Shown here: positions 37,915 to 47,887 of the stretch, in pieces
Layout of the letters: each line of letters starts with the position of its first letter
Numbering within the stretch: the stretch's first letter is position 1
From: an uncultured bacterium
Lineage (GTDB): Bacteria > CSSED10-310 > CAZUFC01
Direction: 5' to 3'
NCBI GenBank assembly: GCA_964619725.1
Contig: CAZUFC010000050.1
Span: 1 to 55,572, forward strand
Length of the DNA stretch: 55,572 bases
The notes under the pieces: generated by a model
Told to the model about the DNA's origin: nothing
Database searches by the model: none
The model's input: the letters and a program-made list of their open reading frames with translations, nothing else
Made by a program: the position numbers and the translations under genes

Positions 37915-40900
37915 CTATGGACCGTAACTGAACGTTTCCATGTCGAATTCACCCAGAATATTATCGAATTCCGGCGTCAGAAGAGCTCCGTAGAATTTGA
38001 GTCCTTCAGCGGAGCTGGGTTCGTTCGGCCATACGAAACTGAGAATTTCCCTGTAAAGCGTTTCTATCCCGAGAGAAACGGGTTCGTACGCGAAATCCTC
38101 TCCCCAGGTCGGGTACCAGAAAAACAATCCGTAGACGTCCAGAAGAACGACGAAAGGAATTTGATTGTACGTATCGGGTCCCGGATTGTAGATGTAGGCT
38201 TCAAGCAGGAATTGCGTTCCAGGAGTAAAGTGGGATTCCGACAATATCAGCTCGACTCCCAGCGGATTAGCGGGAGTAGGACTGGGTACCTCCGTGCAAG
38301 TATATGTCGGCGTCGGAGTCAAAGTAGGGGTACAGGTGGGTACGTCTGTCGGGGTATCAGTGGGAATCATCGTAGGAGTGCAGGTCGGCGTCAAAGTAGG
38401 AGTATTGGTCGGAACAGCAGTATTGGTCGGAGTATTCGTGGGAACAGCGGTGTTAGTAGGCGTATTGGTCGGAGGAGTGGTGGGAGATGCCGTGGGGGTG
38501 TTTGTCGGGGGCGGTTCAGTCGGTATCTCTGTCGGTATCTCTGTCGGGATCGGCGTAGGAGTTACAATTTCACCGCATTCGAGCCACAGAAGAATCCTGG
38601 CCAGGACAGTTTTACCCAAAGCCGCATCAGTATTCGCCAACGCAGCCCAGGAGGTCGAGAAAAAGACGGTTTTCCACAGATTCGTCTCTTCGTTGAAATG
38701 AATATTCGTCGAGTCTCCCAATTCGTTTGTGAAGCAAGTATTCTCGACAATCGTCGGATTGACTATATCCGAATAATCCGAGAGCCCAGCAGGAAACGTC
38801 AGAGCCACCGGACCGATGCCATCGCCTATCGGATCACCCTCGACTCCTGTTAACTCCTCCGTACCCTCATCGCTGTCAAAGTCGGAAATGCCCAGATAAT
38901 TCGTGCCGAATGCAGTCAATCCCATATCATAGAGATAATCCTGTGAACTCAGGAACAGCCTTCCGCCCACATCGAGATATTGAATCAGGTTCGCTTCATC
39001 GGTTTCATTAGGACCGGCGCTGCCGGCAAAGCCGAATTTGTCGCCGGAGAACCAGATAATGACGCCGTATTCCATCATTTCAGAAAAGGTGGGACCATCG
39101 CCGGGCCCTCCGCCGATATCAAAAATATCGTAGGTCAGCCCCAGGTCGTCCATGGCTGCCGTGAAGAAATCAATCAAATCGGGGTCGTCATTGTCGTCGT
39201 CCACCAGCAGAATGTCGCAATCGAATGTGAAAGGCGTCGCTGAAGGCGTAACGGTCGGAACTTCTGTGGGTATCTCGGTGGGGGCTTCCGTAGGAACTTC
39301 CGTAGGTATTTCAGTGGGAGCTTCCGTGGGAACTTCCGTAGGTATCTCGGTCGGAGCTTGCGTAGGAACTTCCGTAGGTATTTCGGTGGGAGCTTCTGTA
39401 GGAACTTCCGTTGGTATTTCGGTGGGAGCTTCTGTAGGAACTTCCGTTGGTATTTCCGTAGGTCCTTCAGTGGGTGTAGGCGTAGGCGTACCAACGCATT
39501 GGTTGAGTTCTCCCGGCGACAGATAGCTTTCGCAGAAATCAAAAGCGTTGTCGTCCGTATCGACTCCGTCAATTTTTCGTGAAAGGCTATATTCCTCTGC
39601 CGGTTCAGGAACGTTGTTTCCTTCGCCACAGGATGGATCGCACAATTCACCGTATTGAACAGCATCGAGGACCATGCCGTTCTGATACAACCTGACGGCG
39701 TCGCAGGGCCCGTTCTGCAGTGAACTGCCCAGGTCGTTCTCTTCGAGATCGATATTAGGAACGCCTGTCATTCCTATGAGGAATATCCCGTCACCGGGAA
39801 CGGTATATCCTGTTAAATCGTAACTAGCCGAAACCGAACACGCCTGGTTCAGCGGTTCGACCAGGACTCCGTCCAGCGAGCTTCCGGGAATTCCGAACAA
39901 TTCAATATAGCTGTAATCATCAACGCCGTCGTCATCGTAATATACTTCATTAATCACGACTGCAGCCTGAGCGAAAGTAGGCGTAACGGTTGGAATTTCC
40001 GTGGGCCCTAAAGTAGGAGTCTCCGTCGGAATGTCTGTAGGAACGGGAGTCGTAATTCCTGTAGGAGTCGACGTCGGTTCAGGCGTAAAGGTAGGTCCGA
40101 ACGTAAAAGTGGAAGTGGGGGTCAGAGGTATGCATTCGTTGCTGCTCCCAGGAGTCAGAAAAGCTTCGCAGAAATCAGCAGCATTATTGTCGCTGTCGGC
40201 GCCGTCGATTATCCTTGAAAGTCCGTATTCCTCTGCCGGTTCAGGGGCCGCGGCGCCTTCGCCGCAGAACGGATCGCATGCCTCGCCATACTGCAAACTG
40301 TCAAGAGTTACCGCACCCTGGACGAGTCTGAGGCCGTCGCATGGCCCATTCTGCAGAGCCGTTCCCAGGCCGTTCTCTTCATAATCCACATTCGGCACAT
40401 CCGTCATGCCTATGACGAAAAAGCCGTCCATGGGAATGGAATAGGCGCTCAAGTCGTAAGATGCCGTAACGGAACAATCCTGATTCAGCGTTTCCAGGGT
40501 AATGCCGTTTAACGAAGTTCCGGGCGCTCCGTATATTTCAATGTAACTGAAGTCGTCAGTGCTCTCATCATCATAATAGACTTCATTCAATACGACATCG
40601 ACCGGCACAATCGTAGGCGTTTCAGTGACCACAGCCGTTTCTGTAGGTTCAACCGGCGTTTCCGTAACTATCGGCGTGGGTGTCTGCGTGGGCTCCACCG
40701 GTGTATCCGTAGGCGTGGCATAACAGGCGTTGTCTTCGCCAGGCGACAGAAAACTCTCGCAAAAATCAAGCAGATTATTGTCCGTATCGACTCCGTCTAT
40801 CCGGCGTGAAAGACTGTATTCCTCTGCCGGTTCAGGAACAGAAGCGCCTTCGCCGCAAAGCGGGACGCAACCGTCGCCGTATTGAACCGAATCAAGAATA

Positions 40901-43095
40901 TTACCTGACTGATAGAGCCAGACGCCGTCACAAGGTCCGTTCTGGAGTTCGTCGCCCAGGGTGTTATCTTCCAGATCCAGGTTGGGGACTCCGGTCATTC
41001 CGACTAAGAAGAATCCGTCCATGGGTATGGAATATCCGGTCAAGTTGATGGAAGCCTGTATGGCGCAATCCTGGTTGTAAGGCTCGAGATAAACGCCGTC
41101 CAAAGGCGTGCCGGGTACGCCGTAAATTTCAACATAACTGTAATCATCCGCTCCTTCATCGTCATAATAGACTTCATTGATCACGACGGTCACCGGTGCA
41201 AACGTACCCGTAGGCGACGGAATCACTGTCGGTCCCGTGGTGGGAGTTTCCTCCGGAGTGACGGAAGGTCCTACTGTCGGCGTTTCCGTTGGCGTTATAA
41301 CCATCGTCATCGTCGCAGTCGGCGTGGAAAAACAAACATTCGCTTCGCCGGGAGAAAGGAAACTTTCGCAGAAATCCGTATCGTTGTCGTTGGTGTCCAC
41401 TCCGCAGAGAATCCTGGAAATGCTGTTCTCTTCTGCCGGTTCCGGTTCCGGGGTTCCTTCGCCGCAATCATTCAAACAGTCCGTCCCATACTGAAGAGCG
41501 TCCACTACTACACTATTGTATAAAAGTTCGACGCCGTCGCAGGGTCCGTTCTGCATCGTTGAACCTAAATCGGCCGCATCAAAATCAACATTCGGCACGC
41601 CGCTCATGCCCAAAACGAAATATCCGTCCATGGGCATGGTGTAGCCGAACAGGTCGTACGTCGTTTGAGGATCGCAATCCTGATTCACCGGACGAACAGC
41701 ATAACCGTCAAGGGATACTCCGGGCGAACCGAATAATTCGATGTAACTGTAATCGTCCACGCCATCGTCATCGTAGTATACTTCGTTAATGACAATATCA
41801 GAAAAAACCGGCGTTTCAGTCGGCGCCGGCGTCTGCGATGGACCAAACGTAGGCGTATCGGTCGGAATCGCAGTCGGTCCTTCCGTAAAAACCATTGTCG
41901 GACTCGGCGAAGGTTCTACATAACAACTGTTTGTCTCTCCAGGCGTCAAAAAACTTTCGCAAAAATCACTGTCGTTGTCGTCCGTATCAACGCCGTCCGT
42001 TATACGGGAAATACTGTAATCCTCCCCCGGCTCAGGTTCAGGCGTTCCCTCTCCGCATAAAGGATCACAACCTTCCCCATACTGCACCGCATCTAAAACC
42101 GTTTCTCCCGACATCAGCGTCACCGCGTCGCAGGGTCCGTTCTGAAGACTCGATGATAACGCCTCTACAATAAAATCAACATTGGGAACTCCGCTCATCC
42201 CTATTACAAAGAAACCGTCGCCGGGAATCGTATATCCCGTCAGATCATAAAAACCGGTTTGCGTACAATCCTGATTTACCGGCCGTAATGCCACTCCGTC
42301 CAATGACGTTCCCGGATTCCCATACAATTCCACGTAACTGTAATCGTCGGTGCTCGGATCATCATAATATACTTCATTTATTACCACATCAAGCGGCGGT
42401 AATGTGGGACCGGCAGTCGGCGTATTCGAAGGCTCAGGAGTCGGACTGGGCGTTCCGGCCGTCGGCGTATCCGTCGGCGTCGTTACTATTCCGCTGTTGT
42501 CCGGGTCTGGAGGCGACTGCGTGATGAAATCAGCCGCACTGTCGTTCGTGTCTGTCCCCGGGTCAGATCGCATCAAACTCGATCCTTCCGGCGCATCGTC
42601 CGCACACTGCCCATCAGGCGCCGGAACATCATCGTCATCCGGCAACGCGTTCTCATTCGGCGAATCATACAGCACCGTATCCGTATAACCTAAATTATCA
42701 TTCACGCGCACTCCGTCCGTCGCCGATCCCCCATTCTGGATGCTGGGATCAAAATCTATCTCAAGATCTGGCGTCACTCCCCAATCCGCATCCACGCCGG
42801 ATTCGCCTATTAAAAAATATGACTGACCCTCTATTATCAGTCCGTTGGGAAAAATCAGCGTTCCATAACTGAAATCTGTTCCTCCCCATTCAAGAGACCA
42901 TCCGTCCAACAAAACAGGGTCAACTCCATTGTTATACAATTCAACAAATTCGTGACCTTCGTCACCGCCCGTATGGTCATAATACAATTCAGAAATTAAA
43001 ACATCTCCGAAAACGTTCCCCGCAGCATACAGACAAATTAAAAAAACCATGCATGCTGAAAAAAACGTTTTCCCAAAAGGACCGCTTCGTTCCAT
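37915..43095 (-). CDS. Large acidic secreted protein: six lamin-tail (LTD)-like domains, PT linkers, ILLVDDD alpha/beta domain, conserved CTD
   Basis: Signal peptide; [16 protein letters not shown] then five (I/L)NEVYYDD..DD(Y/F)SY(I/V)E repeats; ATG 43095 with AAGGAGGGG RBS (1726 aa). Confidence 0.88.
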   Translation of the reverse strand: MERSGPFGKTFFSACMVFLICLYAAGNVFGDVLISELYYDHTGGDEGHEFVELYNNGVDPVLLDGWSLEWGGTDFSYGTLIFPNGLIIEGQSYFLIGESGVDADWGVTPDLEIDFDPSIQNGGSATDGVRVNDNLGYTDTVLYDSPNENALPDDDDVPAPDGQCADDAPEGSSLMRSDPGTDTNDSAADFITQSPPDPDNSGIVTTPTDTPTAGTPSPTPEPSNTPTAGPTLPPLDVVINEVYYDDPSTDDYSYVELYGNPGTSLDGVALRPVNQDCTQTGFYDLTGYTIPGDGFFVIGMSGVPNVDFIVEALSSSLQNGPCDAVTLMSGETVLDAVQYGEGCDPLCGEGTPEPEPGEDYSISRITDGVDTDDNDSDFCESFLTPGETNSCYVEPSPSPTMVFTEGPTAIPTDTPTFGPSQTPAPTETPVFSDIVINEVYYDDDGVDDYSYIELFGSPGVSLDGYAVRPVNQDCDPQTTYDLFGYTMPMDGYFVLGMSGVPNVDFDAADLGSTMQNGPCDGVELLYNSVVVDALQYGTDCLNDCGEGTPEPEPAEENSISRILCGVDTNDNDTDFCESFLSPGEANVCFSTPTATMTMVITPTETPTVGPSVTPEETPTTGPTVIPSPTGTFAPVTVVINEVYYDDEGADDYSYVEIYGVPGTPLDGVYLEPYNQDCAIQASINLTGYSIPMDGFFLVGMTGVPNLDLEDNTLGDELQNGPCDGVWLYQSGNILDSVQYGDGCVPLCGEGASVPEPAEEYSLSRRIDGVDTDNNLLDFCESFLSPGEDNACYATPTDTPVEPTQTPTPIVTETPVEPTETAVVTETPTIVPVDVVLNEVYYDDESTDDFSYIEIYGAPGTSLNGITLETLNQDCSVTASYDLSAYSIPMDGFFVIGMTDVPNVDYEENGLGTALQNGPCDGLRLVQGAVTLDSLQYGEACDPFCGEGAAAPEPAEEYGLSRIIDGADSDNNAADFCEAFLTPGSSNECIPLTPTSTFTFGPTFTPEPTSTPTGITTPVPTDIPTETPTLGPTEIPTVTPTFAQAAVVINEVYYDDDGVDDYSYIELFGIPGSSLDGVLVEPLNQACSVSASYDLTGYTVPGDGIFLIGMTGVPNIDLEENDLGSSLQNGPCDAVRLYQNGMVLDAVQYGELCDPSCGEGNNVPEPAEEYSLSRKIDGVDTDDNAFDFCESYLSPGELNQCVGTPTPTPTEGPTEIPTEVPTEAPTEIPTEVPTEAPTEIPTEVPTQAPTEIPTEVPTEAPTEIPTEVPTEAPTEIPTEVPTVTPSATPFTFDCDILLVDDDNDDPDLIDFFTAAMDDLGLTYDIFDIGGGPGDGPTFSEMMEYGVIIWFSGDKFGFAGSAGPNETDEANLIQYLDVGGRLFLSSQDYLYDMGLTAFGTNYLGISDFDSDEGTEELTGVEGDPIGDGIGPVALTFPAGLSDYSDIVNPTIVENTCFTNELGDSTNIHFNEETNLWKTVFFSTSWAALANTDAALGKTVLARILLWLECGEIVTPTPIPTEIPTEIPTEPPPTNTPTASPTTPPTNTPTNTAVPTNTPTNTAVPTNTPTLTPTCTPTMIPTDTPTDVPTCTPTLTPTPTYTCTEVPSPTPANPLGVELILSESHFTPGTQFLLEAYIYNPGPDTYNQIPFVVLLDVYGLFFWYPTWGEDFAYEPVSLGIETLYREILSFVWPNEPSSAEGLKFYGALLTPEFDNILGEFDMETFSYGP
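39253..39468 (-). repeat. Coding tandem repeat, 6 x 36 bp ([12 protein letters not shown])
   Basis: Translation shows [24 protein letters not shown] x2, [24 protein letters not shown] x2. Confidence 0.9.
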
Positions 43096-43299
43096 CGTCC
43101 CCTCCTTAATTTTTTGGGTGAAAGAAATTTGTGTCTTCACGATAAAGACTAATCCGAGTACCCCTTGTCGTTTATATAAAAATCAAAAATGGTCACCATT
43201 TGTCAAGCAAAAAATCATACAATTCCCTGAATTAACACTTTAATTGCATTATTTTTCTCTAAGACTCGAAAATCACTTGAATAATTCGACAGCGCCTTG

Positions 43300-43340
43300 C
43301 CGGCATTACAGTTTGAAACGTGAATCGATTTTATGGACAG
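43300..43340 (+). repeat. Partial copy of the 24990-25030 element
   Basis: 34/41 identity, ending in TTTATGGACAG. Confidence 0.65.
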
Positions 43341-43356
43341 GTCTCAAATAGGAAAA

Positions 43357-43385
43357 TTGACGTTTGCCATGCGTTTCATTATATT
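43357..43385 (+). promoter_or_regulatory. Putative sigma70 promoter immediately before the LVIVD lipoprotein gene
   Basis: TTGACG, 17 bp, TATATT; only 9 nt separate it from the ATG at 43395. Confidence 0.55.
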
Positions 43386-43394
43386 TAAGCCGCC

Positions 43395-45401
43395 ATGAGA
43401 ATTTCACGACGTTCAAGAGTATTTTTACTGTTGCTGATTTTAGTCCTGTTTAACGCCTGTTCTTCGGATAAGGGCAAGGAAGAGCCGGAGGCTTATGGAA
43501 TAAGAGAAACTTTGTCGGATGCCGTACAAATGGAAACGGTGAAGCTGACTTCGTCCAGCCAGGAACACGGCATGCTGCTTGCCCCTTCAGTAAACGGTCC
43601 TGTAAAGGAGTTGCCCGGCAATATAAAGCCCCGGCTTCGAGTGACGAATTTAAGTTCGGTATTGCGCTCCGGCCGTTTTTTCGGAGTCAGATGGAAAGAT
43701 GAAAACACGATATTTTTAATGAATCTTTGGGGGATCGAGGCGCTGTCGAGAGAGGGTGAAAAATTCATAACGAAGAGCGCCACGGCAACGCCCGGCGATG
43801 CCCGTGATATAGTATTCTGTGGGGATATGGGGTATGCGGCTGACGGATATGCGGGAATATCGGTCATTGATTTTTCCGTCTTAAGTTCTCCGGTCCTGAT
43901 AGAACAGAAGAAAACGAAAGGCAGCATTCGTCAACTAACGCTGGTCGGTGAATATTTGTATGCCTGCAGCGTACTGGAAGGACTGCAGATATTCAGTCCA
44001 TCGGCTGACGGAACGTTGAATTTCATTAGGAACGTTCCGGGGACAGGCCGTGCGTTTTATTTTATTAAGCAGGGAGATACGGGTTATCTGTGTGCCGGCG
44101 GCGACGGCATGCTCGCCTTATCCCTGGCGTCTCCGGAATCGCCTGAAGTAATCGGCCGAATGAAAGAAGTAAGATTCGCTTCTGCGGTATCGCTGCATAA
44201 AGAATTCCTGGCTTTAGTGGACAAAAAAGAAGGTTTACTGATGGTTTCCCGGACAAATGAGCGGGATTTCAAAGCGGTCGGCGCATACCGTGTAAAGCAT
44301 GAAAGCCGGGCGGTCCTGTCGAAGAATGGGATAATATATTTTGCTGAGGCGAATGGACTGCATGTGCTGGAATTTGACGAAGCTTCCGGACGATTTCGGC
44401 GCTTGCAGAAGATAGAGGCGGAAAGCGAATTCCGTTCGTTGGACATCAATGATGATGAACTGTTATCGGGGGACGGCGACTGGGGTTATCGCCTGTTCAA
44501 GATAAAAGAAAACGGAATGTTGAAGGAGCAGGAAAAACGGGGAGTTCTTCGTTTAATAGCCGATGTGGCTTACAAGGGAAATCATATTTATGCGGCAGCG
44601 GGCTACGAAGGATGTCGAATAATAAACGCTGCAGACCCTGAAAATCCGCAGGCAGCAGGATTAATCAGGACTGCGGAACCGGTTCAGTCGATCTGCGTTT
44701 CGGATGACAGGTTGTATGTTTGCGATCATCGTGGATTCCATATTTATGACATAAGCGAACCGGCATCTCCTGTGAAGTTATCGGCAATTTTAACAGAGGG
44801 CCGCACAGTGGGCATTGATGTTCGCGGCGATATAGCAGCAGCGGCATCCTGGTTTTCCGGCGCCCTGCTTTATGACGTTTCAAATCCGGAAAAACCCGTG
44901 AAACTTTCTCAGTATTCGCCGCCGTCAGGCTGGGCGATCGATTTGAAATTCCGGGGGGACATGCTGTATGTTTGCGTAAACAATTACGGTTTAGCCGCAT
45001 TGGACGTTTCTGACGTCCGCAAACCTGTTTTAACGCATCTCAATCAGGAAATTGCAGCCCCGGAAGGACTGGGTTTTTATGGAGAGGTGATGTACGCAGC
45101 GGACTTCAACCTGGGAACAGCTATTTTTGATATTGATGATCCGAAGCATCCCCGTTTCGTTCTCTCTTTAGACACGCATATAGCGAAAGGCATAACGATA
45201 GTCGAGGATATGATGGCGGTATCCAATTATTTGTACGGCGTCAAATTTTTCAGTTTGAGCCCGGACCCATTCGATCCTGAATTGACGGCTGTTTTAGATA
45301 CTCCTGGAAAGGCGTATAACAGTTTAATAAAAGATGATCTGATCTGGATCGCCGACTGGCATTCATTAATATGCTGCAAAGCAGAACGAATCCAGGACTG
45401 A
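43395..45401 (+). CDS. LVIVD-repeat beta-propeller lipoprotein
   Basis: Lipobox LFNA-C after a basic/hydrophobic leader; repeated YAADGYAGISVIDFS and LYDVSNPEKP-type units. Confidence 0.85.
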   Translation: MRISRRSRVFLLLLILVLFNACSSDKGKEEPEAYGIRETLSDAVQMETVKLTSSSQEHGMLLAPSVNGPVKELPGNIKPRLRVTNLSSVLRSGRFFGVRWKDENTIFLMNLWGIEALSREGEKFITKSATATPGDARDIVFCGDMGYAADGYAGISVIDFSVLSSPVLIEQKKTKGSIRQLTLVGEYLYACSVLEGLQIFSPSADGTLNFIRNVPGTGRAFYFIKQGDTGYLCAGGDGMLALSLASPESPEVIGRMKEVRFASAVSLHKEFLALVDKKEGLLMVSRTNERDFKAVGAYRVKHESRAVLSKNGIIYFAEANGLHVLEFDEASGRFRRLQKIEAESEFRSLDINDDELLSGDGDWGYRLFKIKENGMLKEQEKRGVLRLIADVAYKGNHIYAAAGYEGCRIINAADPENPQAAGLIRTAEPVQSICVSDDRLYVCDHRGFHIYDISEPASPVKLSAILTEGRTVGIDVRGDIAAAASWFSGALLYDVSNPEKPVKLSQYSPPSGWAIDLKFRGDMLYVCVNNYGLAALDVSDVRKPVLTHLNQEIAAPEGLGFYGEVMYAADFNLGTAIFDIDDPKHPRFVLSLDTHIAKGITIVEDMMAVSNYLYGVKFFSLSPDPFDPELTAVLDTPGKAYNSLIKDDLIWIADWHSLICCKAERIQD

Positions 45402-45536
45402 TCCGCTTTTCTCTTAATTTTTAGTCGACAGCCTTCAGCGTCGCGTTAAGGCGGATAAGGAGTCGTTTTTCATTTTCCGACAGGATATTCCGGCAATTTT
45501 ATTCCTCGATTAATCAGGGTCTTGCTGTTCGCTCCT

Positions 45537-47600
45537 TTAATTACCGACCAGAAAGAAGGTGGTAACGTCGATGTCGCCCAGCAATTGAAAATTTTCATCA
45601 TCCATGATGACGCCCATGAAGTAAAAAGGTCCTGCTGAAGTGATGTCATAAGGTAAAGGAACGCTCAGGATCGATTCTCTGTAGTAATCATCTTCATTGA
45701 TGAACATGTGCGTAAACACGATTTCTTCGGTCCATTGCGGATGGAAATAATAGCGTCTGAAAACGTCGAGAAGCACTATCTGATTGATCCATCTGGATTC
45801 TTCTTTGTTGATCAACTCTGCGGTAAGACTCAAAACATCGCCGCCATAGAAAAAAGAGCCGTTCAAATCCAGGTAGAGCCCTGTGTCTCTCTCGCCGCCG
45901 GAGAATGGTGTGGGCGTTATGGAAGGATTGGGCGTAGGCGTAGCGGTCGGAGAGTTTACTCCCGTGTAGGTGGGGGCAGGAGTCTGATTATCCACGAATA
46001 TGGCTACGGAATCTGATTCGGAATGTTTATAATCATCGTCGACGGATTGTGCATGAACGACGAGTCCTCCGTCAGGGACGGACGATACGTCCATTTCGTA
46101 TTCCCAGGTCGACCAGGAACCGTCTCCCGACGTGTCTGTCGCCTCTTCGTATAATCCAGCGAATCCGACCTGAACTAAATGAATAGCCCCATCCAGATCA
46201 TCAGCCGATCCTCTTATCATAATAGAACCTTCAGCTACGGTCCCGTTTTCCGGTTCCGTTATTGTCACGACCGGAGGATCATTAGGCAGGAAATCAAAAA
46301 AGAAAAGCGGGAAATACTCGTCAGCATAGTCTCCAAAGTATACCCCGGCTGCCAGGGCCGCATATCTGCCCTCGCAAGATACGCTCGTTCTGCCTAAAAA
46401 AGGCTGCTCCCATTGAGGAACCTGGCTTCTGGACAAAAAAAGCGCGGAAAAGGGCGTAAAAGGAAAAGATATGTTGCCGCTCAAAAAAATTACCGATGCA
46501 TCGCTGTTTATATCAACAAAGGGCAGCGACAACTCATGCTCGTAAATCCATAACCTTGTTCCCTCGCCGGCCGTATCCCACAGCTCCAGCGCTCCGGGAT
46601 ATTCATCTTTTCCTTTAAACAGCGAACGATCTTTCGAGAAAACCTGACGGTCCGACATGGGAATTTCCGGCAGTTCTCCTTTTACGCTTGCGTAGGAACT
46701 GGCATAAACCACATATTCCCCGTCGTCGGTTAACTTAACGTCGTGTCCCAGAGTAGGGAATCCGGAAGTACTGTTTGTCCATATCGGTTCCTTGTCCAGT
46801 CCTGAGCCGGGCGGTTCAGTATCAAAGAACAACAGATTGCTGTTGGCCTCCATTATGATATTCCCCCCGTTTCTCGCCACGTCTATGTATATTTTATTAG
46901 CGCTCATTCCTGTGCCGTCGAATTGCCACATGGGCTCCTCTTCAAAGTTGAAGGAATCAAAAGCAGTGATTTTGGGATCAACGGAATTAGCCATATAAGT
47001 CGCCGCAGCGATAATCGATCCGTCGCCCGACATATCCAGCGACGCCATGCGCACCTGAGACAATTCGTAAGACCATAATTCATTGACTGAAGTCTTTTCA
47101 AAGAAAAAAACCTCCGGCATCGGCAGTATATCGATATTGTTGTAGTTGGCCACAGCGATGTATTGACCGTCGTCCGAAACGGCAAGACAATCGTAATAAA
47201 ACCGGGATATAGGCTTTGACCACAGCAAATCGCCTTCGATGTCAAGCACATATAGAGTGTTGAAATCGACGAACGCTATCGTTTCAGCGTTATAAGAGCA
47301 TTTTATATCGAATATCCAGGCGTTGGGTCGTTCCACTTTGTATTTGAACACCGGTTGATTGCTGCTCCGGTGAAAAAGGCAAACGTAAGAACCAGGATGA
47401 TTCGGCCGCCCCTCCATATCATGCGTTCCAACAGCGACATATTCTCCGCTGCCCGAAGTATCCAGACATATTACATCGTACGATTCTTCCTCTTCCCAGG
47501 ACCAATCATAGATGAATTCGGCTTGAGCGGAAATAATAACGGGAAACAATGCTGCAGCAACGACCCAAAAAGCCGCTGCCTTGATTGTTTTCTTTTCCAT
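45537..47600 (-). CDS. Secreted beta-propeller (WD40/PQQ-like) + Ig-like + PT linker + conserved CTD, paralogue 1
   Basis: Signal peptide; repeated SxxGxYxAV blades; NDPPVVTITEP..GSADD.DG Ig-like domain; AAGGAG RBS. Confidence 0.82.
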   Translation of the reverse strand: MEKKTIKAAAFWVVAAALFPVIISAQAEFIYDWSWEEEESYDVICLDTSGSGEYVAVGTHDMEGRPNHPGSYVCLFHRSSNQPVFKYKVERPNAWIFDIKCSYNAETIAFVDFNTLYVLDIEGDLLWSKPISRFYYDCLAVSDDGQYIAVANYNNIDILPMPEVFFFEKTSVNELWSYELSQVRMASLDMSGDGSIIAAATYMANSVDPKITAFDSFNFEEEPMWQFDGTGMSANKIYIDVARNGGNIIMEANSNLLFFDTEPPGSGLDKEPIWTNSTSGFPTLGHDVKLTDDGEYVVYASSYASVKGELPEIPMSDRQVFSKDRSLFKGKDEYPGALELWDTAGEGTRLWIYEHELSLPFVDINSDASVIFLSGNISFPFTPFSALFLSRSQVPQWEQPFLGRTSVSCEGRYAALAAGVYFGDYADEYFPLFFFDFLPNDPPVVTITEPENGTVAEGSIMIRGSADDLDGAIHLVQVGFAGLYEEATDTSGDGSWSTWEYEMDVSSVPDGGLVVHAQSVDDDYKHSESDSVAIFVDNQTPAPTYTGVNSPTATPTPNPSITPTPFSGGERDTGLYLDLNGSFFYGGDVLSLTAELINKEESRWINQIVLLDVFRRYYFHPQWTEEIVFTHMFINEDDYYRESILSVPLPYDITSAGPFYFMGVIMDDENFQLLGDIDVTTFFLVGN

Positions 47601-47887
47601 TTATCTGTTCTCCTTTCTTTTGTAACAATCAAACTGATTGCTCTCTAATTGTACCCCAGATTTCTCAATTAACTCAAATCTTCCGTAACCAGCCCGTATC
47701 TTCTCTTTGATCTCAACCCTCAAGAATATAATCCGTGAGGTTCTTTTCTGTTCATTAAAAGACATTTATGAATCAGGAACTATCGTCTGCTCTCCTGCAT
47801 TCCATTCTTATCATCGCCGAATTTATGACAGACGCTGATATGTCATGATGAGGAAGGTAAAGTCTAAAGTGGCCTGTCCTTTGTTGG

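Noticed and set aside
37903-38853. 316-aa plus-strand ORF and other Val/Gly- or Arg-rich ORFs (38294-38701, 39152-39526, 40001-40384, 36178-36387, 50765-51589)
   Set aside because: Antisense shadows of low-complexity Pro/Thr linkers in well-supported genes
39253-39468. 36-bp periodic repeat as a CRISPR array
   Set aside because: Units are contiguous with no spacers, stay in frame within a CDS, and no cas genes are present
43171-43206. Minus-strand TTGACA (43201-43206) as promoter of the LTD gene
   Set aside because: No acceptable -10 hexamer at 16-18 bp spacing
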